Virus record (IMG/VR): IMGVR_UViG_3300020202_000063
Coordinates: 1 to 64,000 of that record
Length of the DNA stretch: 64,000 bases
Reading direction: 5' to 3' (one strand)
Source: a virus
The notes beneath the pieces are model-generated. The model was given only the letters and a program-made list of their open reading frames with translations, was not told the origin of the DNA and did not search any database. This document shows positions 49,952 to 59,345 of the stretch, piece after piece (position 1 is the stretch's first letter; every line of letters begins with the position of its first letter). The position numbers were made by a program, and so were the translations under genes.

Positions 49952-52900
49952 TTATACCTTGTTCCAAGTAGCGCCGTCGTAAATCAAGGTGCAAAAGTCA
50001 CCCACTGCCATAGTGAAGCTTGCTACGCCACTTGTTGTCCAGATGGTAGTACCGTTGCCAGAAATTGTGATGGCGGAACCACTACCCTTGTTCTTAATAA
50101 CGTAAGTTTGGCCGGTAATTGGAGTAGATGGCAACGTGAGTGTGTGACCACCAGTTCCAGTATATGCGATAAAGTAATCGGTGGTGACAAGTGTATATGT
50201 GGTCGATTGTGTACTGGTATTCTGTATTTTGCCGCCGCCGACAGCCAATGTACCCGATATACCAACACCACCCGTTACGATTATTGTACCTGTAGTATTT
50301 GAAGTAGAAGCGACACCAGCAGACGCAACTAGAACGCCGTCACCACGGAAGTTAAATCGTGTAGTACCATTGTAGTTCTTGAGTTGGAGGATTGTGGTGC
50401 CGGAACCCAAGTCACCACCTGTCAGGGCATGCTCGCGAAGTACACTGGTCGTGCCAGCGTTAAGTGCGCCTGCAATGCCAACACCACCAGATACTACAAG
50501 CGCGCCAGTGGTTGAGCTAGTGCTTGCCGTTGTGCTCGCCACCGTCAGCACGGACCCCGCTGAATTGGTGAAGAAAACAACGTTGTTACCTTGGTTGTTG
50601 ATATGAAGCGGCTTGCTAGACCATGACTGTAAGTAGACATTGGTATTGTCGGAGCCAGCAGTAAAATGCGTCGTGCCGCTATACTGAACCTGCAACGTGT
50701 AAGTTCCACCGTTGCCAACGGTGGTGCCTGTCGTGTTCAAGAGCGTTATACTGCTGTTGCGGAGACCAACATTGGTCGTGGATGCGCCAGATTGCGCATC
50801 AATATCAATACCGTAGGCGTTTGCGATGCCAGACGCGCCCTGATTGATGACGTGGACACCTCGCTGCGTCGTAATTGATGAACCGCTACCAACGGTCGGC
50901 GAGCCTACCAGTACAGCAACGCTGGTGGTCATGGTGAAGGCTGATGCTGCCGTTACCGAGGCAATATAAGCTGCATATCCAGCGGTCGTGACGGCACTGC
51001 CAAACGTGGGCTCTGAAAGGAAGCCGTATTGCGTTGACCCAGTCAGGTGAGAAGCAGCATTACCTGAGATGGTAAGAAGCGAGTCAGTGCGGACAGTCGT
51101 TCCGCTGATATTGGTACGGGAAAGGATTGTCGTACCCTGATTGCGCAATCCTACATTGGTCGTAGCAGCACCAGATTGCGCTTCAATATCAACTCCGATG
51201 GCGGTAGTCGTCTTGCCGCTGACTCCTTGGTTCGCGATGTATAGACCACGCATGTTCGTGACGGAACCAGAGCCGATTGTTGGTGGCGCAATGGCAATAC
51301 CAAAACCGTCTATCATTGTAAACGCCGCTGACGTAATTACGCCAAAGTACCCACTGTAGCCGCTAGTTAGCGCGGAAGAATTGAAGGTCGGTAGAGATAC
51401 TATGCCATACTGAGTCGTGCTGGATAGTGCAGAACTCGTGATATTAACGGCTCGGTCTGTTCCAGAGACACCGCCGATACCTACGTTGCCAGTCAGTTGA
51501 GTCGTTCCCGCATTGCGCAATCCTATGTTGGTGGTAGCTGCCCCAGATTGTGCAGCGATTTCAATGCCGATAGCATGCGCAATATCGGTGTCACCACCTT
51601 GATTCGCCACGTATATTCCCCGCATGCTGGTGACAATTGAGCCAGCACCAAGCGTTGGGGAGTCGGCATACAGACCGGTTCCTTCAACCGATGTGAATAC
51701 CGAAGCTACAGTACGAATGTTGGAATAGAAACCGATGAGACCGGTGGTTGCGCCTGAGGTAAACGTTGGCTGTGAAGCCACGCCCACTTGGAGGGTACCA
51801 GTCAACCCAGTTGACCCGATATAAATCCCCTGTGAAGCGACAGACGCCGCACCAACGCCCATATTACCACCAGACACAGTAATGTCACCGGTAAATGTCA
51901 CATCATTTGCGGTGTTCGCGACCGTCATTACGGTGAAGTCTGAATTGTTGGTTCGTCGCACAAACGAGAACTCACTCGTTGTGGAGGCTACCTTAAAGTA
52001 GAACCCGTAAGTGCGCGTGCCGCCTTCGTCCTGAAATAGACCTAATGAAGAATTGTAATCTAAATCTGGTGAACGAATGTTGAAGTCCGCAAGGGCGGCT
52101 ACGGATAGTATTTCCACTCTACCAGTGGCATCGCCCCTGATGATTTTCGTGTTGGAATTGACGAGTGATATGTCGCCGCCCGACACAGTGAGGTCACCAT
52201 TCAACGTTACGTTGTCATTGCTGCCGGTCACGGTAATCGGCGTAGTCCCAGACGTGATATTGCCCAGTGTGAAATTGTCGCCACCAGTCAGCGTAAATGT
52301 CTGAGCCGTTGCATTCGTCTTGGCAAAGGAGAGGCTTGCGCTGGCCGCGCCAGTGATAGTCTGATTGCCGCCGACGTAGAGTGCTCCACTTATGCCGACG
52401 CCGCCACTCACCACAAGCGCGCCTGTGGTGGTAGACGTGCTGGTTGTGGTAACCGGGTTAATCGTAACCGTGTTTGCGTCATTCGCTATGGCAGAACCCG
52501 CAGTCTGAGTGGTACTGGTGCCACCAATGACCCAGATGCCGGTGGTGTTTGTGTACTCTAGTTTGCCTGCGTACCGTGATGACGCCGAAGCTCTGGCCGT
52601 TCCATCATTATACTGGTTTCCCCAAAGGATGGTTTGGTTCGCGTTGCTGGTTAACCACGATGTCGCCGATACGGCCCCGTTGCCCACTGCAAGGCCCGTG
52701 GTTGAGTGAACAAACAGGTTGCCGGCTATACCAGCGCCACCCGACACCACCAATGCACCTGTGGTGGTTGAGGTGCTTGCAACAGTGCTTGCGACGGTGG
52801 TAACAGAAGTCGTCACTGCCCCATCCGTAACAGAAAACAGCGTCGTATTGTCTGTGAAGCGACTGACTCTGAATGAGCCGCCGTTTGCTTGAAGCGTTAC

Positions 52901-53779
52901 TGTGCCACTCGCTTGGCTGTTGAAAATGCCGAGGGAGGCAACCGCTCCTTGAAGCGCGTTGGTGGAGGTGGAGACGAAGCCGTTTGCTGTTGCTGCGCCG
53001 CCTGCATAGAATGCCCCAGCAATGCCAACGCCGCCCGACACAACCAATGCGCCTGTAGTGGTGGAGGTGCTGGCGGTAGTCGGCGCAATCGTCACTGTCC
53101 CTGCTGCAAAGTGGGTGTAAGCTGTGGCCCCCGTACCTACTCCGATGCGCAGACCGGGAGAAGCCGGAGCATAGATGAACGTTTGATTATTCCCGAGCCA
53201 AGCCAACGAACCCGAGTACGCCGTACCAGACATCCCAAAAAAACAACTGTCTGTTCCGGCTGTGTTGGTAATAGAAAGGGATTGTGTGGAGGCATAGCCG
53301 GAGCCAGATAGGGAAAGCGTCGTTCCGGCTTGTGTTATAGTTACGGCCCCCGCAAACGTCGCCGCCAAAGCTGGCGTAATCGTCAAGGCCGCCGTGGCTG
53401 AGGCTCCAACTGTCAGTTGAAGCGAGGTGGAATTGCTAAAGCGTAGGCCACCGACTTCAGTTCCAGCCTGATAGCAGATGACGCCCTGTGTGGTGGAGGC
53501 CGTACTATTGAGGAGGAGAAGTGCGTTGGTTGCAGCATTACCACCAATAGTAACCTGAGTGCCTCCAAATGTCGCCGCTAAAGTAGAAGATGCAAACGTT
53601 AATGCGGCGGTTCCAAAAGTTGATGACAATGAAGACGTGGTATTATAAATGGCAAGATTATTCCCACTAAACATACCAATACGCCACGCAGAAGAACCTT
53701 CCGCGATGCCAAACCTTATATGTGCCAGAGCATCAAGGTCGATTACTCTCTGAACCCGAATATCACGTAAAATTGCCAT
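49952..53779 (-). CDS. Large repeat-rich tail/head fibre protein
   Basis: 1275 aa S/T/G/A-rich; repeated STSTTTGALVVSGGVG and AQSGA.TTN.GLRN; C-terminal TLTLP..GQTYVIKN..LIYDGATW. Confidence 0.85.
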   Translation of the reverse strand: MAILRDIRVQRVIDLDALAHIRFGIAEGSSAWRIGMFSGNNLAIYNTTSSLSSTFGTAALTFASSTLAATFGGTQVTIGGNAATNALLLLNSTASTTQGVICYQAGTEVGGLRFSNSTSLQLTVGASATAALTITPALAATFAGAVTITQAGTTLSLSGSGYASTQSLSITNTAGTDSCFFGMSGTAYSGSLAWLGNNQTFIYAPASPGLRIGVGTGATAYTHFAAGTVTIAPTTASTSTTTGALVVSGGVGIAGAFYAGGAATANGFVSTSTNALQGAVASLGIFNSQASGTVTLQANGGSFRVSRFTDNTTLFSVTDGAVTTSVTTVASTVASTSTTTGALVVSGGAGIAGNLFVHSTTGLAVGNGAVSATSWLTSNANQTILWGNQYNDGTARASASSRYAGKLEYTNTTGIWVIGGTSTTQTAGSAIANDANTVTINPVTTTSTSTTTGALVVSGGVGISGALYVGGNQTITGAASASLSFAKTNATAQTFTLTGGDNFTLGNITSGTTPITVTGSNDNVTLNGDLTVSGGDISLVNSNTKIIRGDATGRVEILSVAALADFNIRSPDLDYNSSLGLFQDEGGTRTYGFYFKVASTTSEFSFVRRTNNSDFTVMTVANTANDVTFTGDITVSGGNMGVGAASVASQGIYIGSTGLTGTLQVGVASQPTFTSGATTGLIGFYSNIRTVASVFTSVEGTGLYADSPTLGAGSIVTSMRGIYVANQGGDTDIAHAIGIEIAAQSGAATTNIGLRNAGTTQLTGNVGIGGVSGTDRAVNITSSALSSTTQYGIVSLPTFNSSALTSGYSGYFGVITSAAFTMIDGFGIAIAPPTIGSGSVTNMRGLYIANQGVSGKTTTAIGVDIEAQSGAATTNVGLRNQGTTILSRTNISGTTVRTDSLLTISGNAASHLTGSTQYGFLSEPTFGSAVTTAGYAAYIASVTAASAFTMTTSVAVLVGSPTVGSGSSITTQRGVHVINQGASGIANAYGIDIDAQSGASTTNVGLRNSSITLLNTTGTTVGNGGTYTLQVQYSGTTHFTAGSDNTNVYLQSWSSKPLHINNQGNNVVFFTNSAGSVLTVASTTASTSSTTGALVVSGGVGIAGALNAGTTSVLREHALTGGDLGSGTTILQLKNYNGTTRFNFRGDGVLVASAGVASTSNTTGTIIVTGGVGISGTLAVGGGKIQNTSTQSTTYTLVTTDYFIAYTGTGGHTLTLPSTPITGQTYVIKNKGSGSAITISGNGTTIWTTSGVASFTMAVGDFCTLIYDGATWNKV

Positions 53780-53805
53780 ATGTTATGCCGTTCCGTACCC
53801 ATAAA

Positions 53806-53811
53806 TTACAC
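53806..53811 (-). promoter_or_regulatory. GTGTAA putative late-promoter motif
   Basis: TTACAC on +, upstream of 53779. Confidence 0.6.
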
Positions 53812-53838
53812 CTTGGGCCGCAACGATTATAACATATT

Positions 53839-54255
53839 CTAACTCTCAAAATACTGTTTGCGCCAATATTCTTTAAGTTCTGGAAGTTCCTCTTCGTCAA
53901 GTTCTGGGGGTGAGTATTTAAAACCCAACCCATCCATCATCATTTTGGCAAATTTACCCGCATCTTGTTCAGCCATCACTACTTCCTTCATATAAGCAGG
54001 ATGGTAGCGTTTATAGCCACTCATAAACCGCGCAAACCTTTTATCTCGATTTTGGTGCCAGTGGCGCAATTCATGAAATAAGACAGCGCATCCTAGAACA
54101 GTACCCTTTAGACATCGTTGTATTGTGATTATATTCGTCTCTGGGTCAAAGTGCCCATTTACATTATTGGCTAAACGTCTATGTCTAACTTTTATACCTT
54201 TCGACCTTATAAAATCGAGTGTTACCTTATATTCCTTAGTCTTGCGCAGGCTCAT
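53839..54255 (-). CDS. HExxH metallopeptidase-like (ImmA/IrrE-type) protein
   Basis: LFHELRH..E motif. Confidence 0.65.
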   Translation of the reverse strand: MSLRKTKEYKVTLDFIRSKGIKVRHRRLANNVNGHFDPETNIITIQRCLKGTVLGCAVLFHELRHWHQNRDKRFARFMSGYKRYHPAYMKEVVMAEQDAGKFAKMMMDGLGFKYSPPELDEEELPELKEYWRKQYFES

Positions 54256-55016
54256 CGTGGCATTGTTTCAATGCGCTCGACAATGTAGCCAAGCAAACCA
54301 CTGCGAACAATATCTTCCTTAGTGAAGGCGAAGCAATGAATCCCCTTTTCCTTGCTTGATTCGTCGTTGAACAAATCAAACATAGGTTGGAAGCCGCTCT
54401 TACCATTGATATCTGATTGCATTGGGTCGCCCAAGATGATAAATTTGGAGAATTGTCCAATACGCGTGAGAGCGGTCGTTAATTCTTTTCGGTCAAGATT
54501 TTGCGCTTCATCTACGATGACGCATTTCGCATTGATACTTGCGCCACGCAAATAGTTGATTGGAATACCCTTAAATCGTTCTTCCTTTGCAAGATGGTCG
54601 ATATCAGCTTTAGGTAGCAACTCTTCCAACTTGTCATAAAGTGGCATGAGGAAGGGTGCCAATTTTTCATTTTCAGAACCCGGTAGGGTGCCGAAAGATT
54701 TAGAGGCGCTTTCCGCAATAGAACGAATATAAACTAGGTCTGAGACACGTCTTGTATTCAGTAAGTGCAAAGCGCAATATACGGCAAGAAATGTTTTGCT
54801 GGTTCCAGCCGGACCAGAAACGAAAATAAGATTTGTTTTCTTATCTAATACTAACTCGATGAATTTCTTTTGTTTTTCGGTTAGGTCATTACGCTCTCGT
54901 ATCTGTAACTGGAAATCAATTTTATCGCGTTGGTATATGTAGGGCGATTTATCTTTTGGCTTTTCATTTTTTTCTGTTTCCTTTAGTTGTTTTTCCAGTT
55001 TCTTTCGTTTTGACAT
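54252..55016 (-). CDS. phoH: PhoH-family ATPase
   Basis: GPAGTSKT, YLRGAS, IVDEAQN, TRIG, GDPMQSD, DIVRSG; start at MSKRKK. Confidence 0.92.
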   Translation of the reverse strand: MSKRKKLEKQLKETEKNEKPKDKSPYIYQRDKIDFQLQIRERNDLTEKQKKFIELVLDKKTNLIFVSGPAGTSKTFLAVYCALHLLNTRRVSDLVYIRSIAESASKSFGTLPGSENEKLAPFLMPLYDKLEELLPKADIDHLAKEERFKGIPINYLRGASINAKCVIVDEAQNLDRKELTTALTRIGQFSKFIILGDPMQSDINGKSGFQPMFDLFNDESSKEKGIHCFAFTKEDIVRSGLLGYIVERIETMPR

Positions 55017-55045
55017 AAAATGAGTTTGGTTTGACTCGACATAGT

Positions 55046-55051
55046 TTACAC
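55046..55051 (-). promoter_or_regulatory. GTGTAA putative late-promoter motif
   Basis: Between terminator and phoH start. Confidence 0.55.
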
Positions 55052-55072
55052 CGAAATTCTCTTGACTGATAA

Positions 55073-55103
55073 TAAAAAACTCGGCTATTAAACCGAGTTC
55101 TTT
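55073..55103 (-). terminator. Intrinsic terminator
   Basis: aactcgg/ccgagtt stem with A6 on + (U tract on -). Confidence 0.7.
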
Positions 55104-55113
55104 AGTTGTGTAA

Positions 55114-56028
55114 TTAGCCATTCCAATTGGAAGGAGGGGTCGCGAACCCCGCTGGGAACCCTCGCGGCAATGCAACTTTAGGCTGTTTAGCAAAGTCGAT
55201 GCCAATCTCTTCCAACTGTTCCCGAGAATCATAATAAATATCCATTGTTACCATTGGAGTAGTTGAGGCGCGCTCAAATTCGACATTTACAACCTTATGT
55301 TGAACTTGCTGGCCCCATGTAGAACCAACCGTGAAATCGGGTGCAGCGCTTGCTGTTGGAATACTGTCTAGTGAAGCACTACATCCTCTTGCGCCAGAAC
55401 GTCTCAAAGGACTCTTAGTTTCTTCGCCCGCGTTATATGAGGTCAACCTTGTGCCGCCAGCTAGATTTGAAGCGTTGCAACTGTAAGTTGTCGTGGTATA
55501 ATTCTTATCAACTGAATTAACATTATGTGAATCATAAGTTGTATAACTTGGCCATTCCCAAGTAGGATATGGACGATATGGGCGCACTAGCCAACTGTCT
55601 GTATAGACCGGATGGTAATGATGTACTGTTGTTACAGGTTGCGGTTTTATCTTTTCGCTGAAAACGGCGAGCGAAATAACTCCAACATTTTGGGTGGAAC
55701 CACTCACTTCCTTCGCATAGGATTTCTTTTTCTTCGTAAATTTGAAAGCGCCGACGCTTTCCAAATCTTTTCTGTAACCCTTGATATCAACCGAAGAATA
55801 TGCTTCGATTATATATCCGCTTCCATTGTAAGAAGCCTCTTTTCCACTTATTACATCCACGCCATCGACGGAAACAACCGCCAGCACGCGATAGGAGTTA
55901 TTATTTCGAATGCGCAGGCTATATTCACTACCAACCTTGGCTTCGATAAATGTCTTTCCGGCATGGCCGAATTGACGAACAGGACGTTGATTAACGAGCA
56001 CGTCTAGCTCGATATTTTGTTTATTCAT
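55114..56028 (-). CDS. Conserved hypothetical beta-sandwich protein
   Basis: YSLRIRN..AVVSVDGVDVISG..NVGVISLAVFSE; start at MNKQ. Confidence 0.7.
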   Translation of the reverse strand: MNKQNIELDVLVNQRPVRQFGHAGKTFIEAKVGSEYSLRIRNNNSYRVLAVVSVDGVDVISGKEASYNGSGYIIEAYSSVDIKGYRKDLESVGAFKFTKKKKSYAKEVSGSTQNVGVISLAVFSEKIKPQPVTTVHHYHPVYTDSWLVRPYRPYPTWEWPSYTTYDSHNVNSVDKNYTTTTYSCNASNLAGGTRLTSYNAGEETKSPLRRSGARGCSASLDSIPTASAAPDFTVGSTWGQQVQHKVVNVEFERASTTPMVTMDIYYDSREQLEEIGIDFAKQPKVALPRGFPAGFATPPSNWNG

Positions 56029-56129
56029 GTACTTTTGCGCCTCACAATGAGGACTTTTATGAATGACGTAATTATCATTCAGAAGAATATTAGCGCAAAG
56101 TTGATGCAACGCGCAACACTTTTAAATGG

Positions 56130-56161
56130 AAAAGGGTGCGCTTTTTAAGGCACACCCTTTT
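56130..56161 (-). terminator. Intrinsic (bidirectional-looking) terminator
   Basis: aaaagggtg.gc/gc.caccctttt. Confidence 0.7.
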
Positions 56162-56166
56162 GACCA

Positions 56167-56535
56167 TCATTTCACCCTGATTTCTATTGCTTTAGGTTTT
56201 GTTTTCTCTTTCTTTTTTAGGGTAAGAGTCAACAGACCGTCTTCCAGTTCCGCCTCAATTTTTTCGGCATCAATCTCATCCCAGAGAGGTACCGATTTCG
56301 TGATTTTATTGCCCTTCTTTTCAGCCTCAACAGAAAGGACGCCTTCAGCGACCGTTACTTTTACATCTTCGCGTTTAAACCCCGGTAGCGCAACGGTAAG
56401 AATAACATTATCCTTATTTTCATCTACCTTAAACGGAACGGAATAACTGGCAAACAATTGGTCGAACGCAACGTCCAACCGAAATGGGTCGTGATAGAAT
56501 CGACCTAAACTATAATTATATGGAATCAATGTCAT
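56167..56535 (-). CDS. Small heat-shock protein Hsp20
   Basis: LPGFKREDVKV..IDAEKIEAELEDGLLTLTL. Confidence 0.92.
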   Translation of the reverse strand: MTLIPYNYSLGRFYHDPFRLDVAFDQLFASYSVPFKVDENKDNVILTVALPGFKREDVKVTVAEGVLSVEAEKKGNKITKSVPLWDEIDAEKIEAELEDGLLTLTLKKKEKTKPKAIEIRVK

Positions 56536-56560
56536 AACCTTTTCCTTTCGTATGACATAT

Positions 56561-56576
56561 AGCTATCTTGATGCCA
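56561..56576 (-). promoter_or_regulatory. Sigma54-type promoter
   Basis: TGGCATCAAGATAGCT fits TGGCACG-N4-TTGCW GG/GC spacing. Confidence 0.5.
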
Positions 56577-56675
56577 AGCTAGCGCACTTATACAACTCAA
56601 TACAAAACAACAACTTACATATGTATGCAAGCGGGGAGTGTGTCATAACTGCGTCAAAATGTCCCAATGATTTAT

Positions 56676-56704
56676 TTCACTTGACCCATCTGCAAAGTTA
56701 GTAT
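56676..56704 (+). promoter_or_regulatory. Sigma70-like promoter
   Basis: TTCACT-N17-TAGTAT before ATG 56723. Confidence 0.45.
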
Positions 56705-56722
56705 TTTCTACTAGACGTACAT

Positions 56723-57448
56723 ATGGCAACTCCCCTTCTTTTACTCCCACATCATTATGGGCCGGACACGCAGGATGTTTGGCGAGAAGCATTAAGGAGG
56801 AAATGGCGCATCGAAAGAATTGGTTCCGCCAAGATTGACATTGAGCCGAAGTGTTTGGGGCACAGTCCGATAAAGTATTATGGGAATATTTTACATCAGG
56901 AGCAGTGCGGCGGCGCACTACCTATCAAATTTTTGCCAATTGATATTACTAATCTTCCTCGGTTAAGAGAGTTTACGGGACGTTACATAGAACTGTTGCG
57001 GGCGCGCGACATTCCCCAGCCTATCCGCGAGACCTTGGTTTTTCTGAAATGTCCGGGAGTGAAGTGGATTGAGAGTCGAATTTACAAACAGGGAGAATAT
57101 TTTGATTGCAAGCCCGATGACTTTATTTATCGGCAGGAACCAATCGAAATTATAGATGAGATAAGGTGCTTTGTAGTTGATGGGGTAATACAAGCCGCGA
57201 GTTGGTATCGCATTAATAAAGAATTCATACCCGAAGAATTGATTGATATCGGAATATTTAAACATTTACAAAGTCTTACTACTGGTATTTGGGCGGCGGC
57301 TAAATGGCCCCGAGGTATTGTATTTGACTTTGGCCGTTTGAGGAACGGGCGCTGGATATTCATCGAATGTAATGAGAGTTGGGCGTCTGGTTTGTACGGT
57401 TGTAATCCTTCGGGGGTTTTTGAAAGTATAATCGCTAGCCAAGAATAA
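56723..57448 (+). CDS. ATP-grasp domain protein
   Basis: VFLK, EIRCFVVDG, VFDFG..WIFIECNESWASGLYG. Confidence 0.8.
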   Translation: MATPLLLLPHHYGPDTQDVWREALRRKWRIERIGSAKIDIEPKCLGHSPIKYYGNILHQEQCGGALPIKFLPIDITNLPRLREFTGRYIELLRARDIPQPIRETLVFLKCPGVKWIESRIYKQGEYFDCKPDDFIYRQEPIEIIDEIRCFVVDGVIQAASWYRINKEFIPEELIDIGIFKHLQSLTTGIWAAAKWPRGIVFDFGRLRNGRWIFIECNESWASGLYGCNPSGVFESIIASQE

Positions 57449-57449
57449 T

Positions 57450-57695
57450 ATGACTGAACGAGAATTAAAATTTGTGCGTTGTAAATGGGATGTTAAAGAA
57501 CAAGAGTCGCGCGTGAAGGAAGCCAAGGCCGCGCTTGACCAAGGATATAAGAAACTTCAGGCTGAGATGGAGCAGGAATATTCCAAACTCAAGTGTGAGT
57601 ATGAGCGAGAATTGATTAAGTTGGAGAAGGAAAAGGCATATCTTAAAGCCGCCGAAGAGGATATGGAAGCAGGATATAGCAAGAGCGACTCATGA
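57450..57695 (+). CDS. Coiled-coil hypothetical protein
   Basis: Operonic ORF. Confidence 0.7.
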   Translation: MTERELKFVRCKWDVKEQESRVKEAKAALDQGYKKLQAEMEQEYSKLKCEYERELIKLEKEKAYLKAAEEDMEAGYSKSDS

Positions 57696-57787
57696 ACACA
57701 GATAGAAACGAAGAGATGAATGATTTTATCGACGCTTTGATAGGCGGGCTTGTCATTTGCGGACTTATTCTGCTTTTACTTCCGTGA
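57692..57787 (+). CDS. Small single-TM protein (31 aa, not in ORF track)
   Basis: MNTDRNEEMNDFIDALIGGLVICGLILLLLP; ATGA overlap. Confidence 0.5.
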   Translation: MNTDRNEEMNDFIDALIGGLVICGLILLLLP

Positions 57788-57793
57788 TGGTTT

Positions 57794-58294
57794 ATGGCTT
57801 CTGAAACACCAAAATATTCAACTAAAATATGTTTGACACCAAACTGCGGCAAACGTTTATGTGCACGTGGGTTTTGTGTCTCTTGTTATTATAAAAGTTT
57901 AAGACGCGGTTCGGTTATTGCTCGTTCCGCTACGAAACGATGGAAACATAGACTAAAAGATATAAATATTGAAAAGAAGAATGCCATTTGTTTGGTTTGT
58001 GGTCCCGTCAAAATAAATTCACGTGGTAATGGTCAATGGCGCTGTGCAATTGATACCAACGAACGCTCTAAACTTTACAAACGAGCCTATCGAGAAGAAA
58101 AGAGACGATTATTATTAACTTATTGTGAAATTTGTGGATGTAAAGACGTAAAACTTTGCTATGACCACTCACATACAACTGGTAAATTTCGTGGAACTCT
58201 GTGTGGGAAATGTAATTCTGCCATAGGGCTGTTTGGAGATAATGAAAAAGTGATAGAAAGTGCTAGGCGTTATATATGTGAAAGGGGAAAATGA
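57794..58294 (+). CDS. Endonuclease VII-family protein
   Basis: CEICG..YDHSHTTGKFRGTLCGKCNSAIG. Confidence 0.85.
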   Translation: MASETPKYSTKICLTPNCGKRLCARGFCVSCYYKSLRRGSVIARSATKRWKHRLKDINIEKKNAICLVCGPVKINSRGNGQWRCAIDTNERSKLYKRAYREEKRRLLLTYCEICGCKDVKLCYDHSHTTGKFRGTLCGKCNSAIGLFGDNEKVIESARRYICERGK

Positions 58295-58559
58295 TTGTTC
58301 ATTGTAAAAAACTAACTTATGATATATATATTGGTAGAAAATGCTATGGATTACCACAATCAAAATGGGGCAACCCGTTTGTCATTGGGAAAGATGGCAC
58401 GCGGGAGGAAGTTATAAAAAATATCGAGAGTGGATAAAGACCCAGCCGCAATTACTTGCTGATATTGAGGAACTTAGTGGTAAGGTATTGGGATGTTGGT
58501 GCGCGCCCAATCCATGTCACGGACAAGTGCTGCTTGACATACTTAACAACAAGATATGA
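58291..58559 (+). pseudogene. DUF4326-family gene interrupted by a 1-nt frameshift in an A6 run
   Basis: MIVHCKK..YIGR..KWGNPF in one frame; YREW..LGCWCAPNPCHG in the -1 frame; junction 58416-58421. Confidence 0.7.
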
Positions 58560-58568
58560 AATCGCGGC

Positions 58569-58928
58569 ATGAGACCAATAAGATTCAGAGTTTGGAATAA
58601 GAAGACGAAAAGTTGGGTGCATGGACCCGGCGACGAATGCAATCTCTTTGGGGAGACAATTTTACTCGGCGGCTTTATGCGCGTTCCATTGGAAGAATTA
58701 AATGATTGCGTGGCATTACAATATACCGGATTGAAAGACAAGAATGGTAAAGAAATATACGAGGGCCACATTCTAAAAGATAAATGGGATAAAGTTGGAA
58801 CAATTGTTTGGGACCATGCCGGTTTTCGCTGGCATAGTAACGCGGTGTTAAATTATATGCCCCTATCAAATAACTGGGGCGAAGATAAGGAAATTATTGG
58901 ACATGATTTTGAGAGGAAATACGATTAA
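58569..58928 (+). CDS. YopX-family protein
   Basis: [25 protein letters not shown]. Confidence 0.9.
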   Translation: MRPIRFRVWNKKTKSWVHGPGDECNLFGETILLGGFMRVPLEELNDCVALQYTGLKDKNGKEIYEGHILKDKWDKVGTIVWDHAGFRWHSNAVLNYMPLSNNWGEDKEIIGHDFERKYD

Positions 58929-59248
58929 TGCCCCCACTCCCATCTGATATTAAATTGCGCGCGGCTGTAGATTTGAAACGCCGTTCTGACGAATGGCTGG
59001 GTTTCAAGCATGTCACGGCGATTACAAAGGAAGATGTGAAATTTGGTCGCGGCGCTGTATTACATATGTCGGCGCGCGACTGGTGGGCGGAGGCGAACGG
59101 TCAGCAGAAGTCAGAAAAAGTGACTTCGGGCGTGAAGGTCATGTGGATTGGGAAATATAAGGGGAAAACTGCCGAGTGGATTGAGGAAAATGATTACGGC
59201 TATCACAAATGGGCTTTAGAAAATATAAAAGGATACGATAAATTATGA
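58928..59248 (+). CDS. Hypothetical protein with GKYKG..W C-terminal module
   Basis: MWIGKYKGK..GYHKW. Confidence 0.65.
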   Translation: MPPLPSDIKLRAAVDLKRRSDEWLGFKHVTAITKEDVKFGRGAVLHMSARDWWAEANGQQKSEKVTSGVKVMWIGKYKGKTAEWIEENDYGYHKWALENIKGYDKL

Positions 59249-59343
59249 GTAATTTGATTTCTACAACGACTGATGAGATAGCATTTAAGTTGGGTAAATT
59301 TGACATGCTCGCCTTCTATTTCAAATATTTAAGAGGGAAGTAA
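59245..59343 (+). CDS. Small hypothetical protein (32 aa)
   Basis: ATGA overlap, fills gap. Confidence 0.4.
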   Translation: MSNLISTTTDEIAFKLGKFDMLAFYFKYLRGK

Positions 59344-59345
59344 TT

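Noticed and set aside
55108-55113. GTGTAA on the + strand
   Set aside because: No sense gene downstream; chance copies of a hexamer are expected, and several also occur inside CDSs
55017-55232. N-terminal extension of the PhoH ORF
   Set aside because: Overlaps a terminator and the upstream gene; start reassigned to 55016
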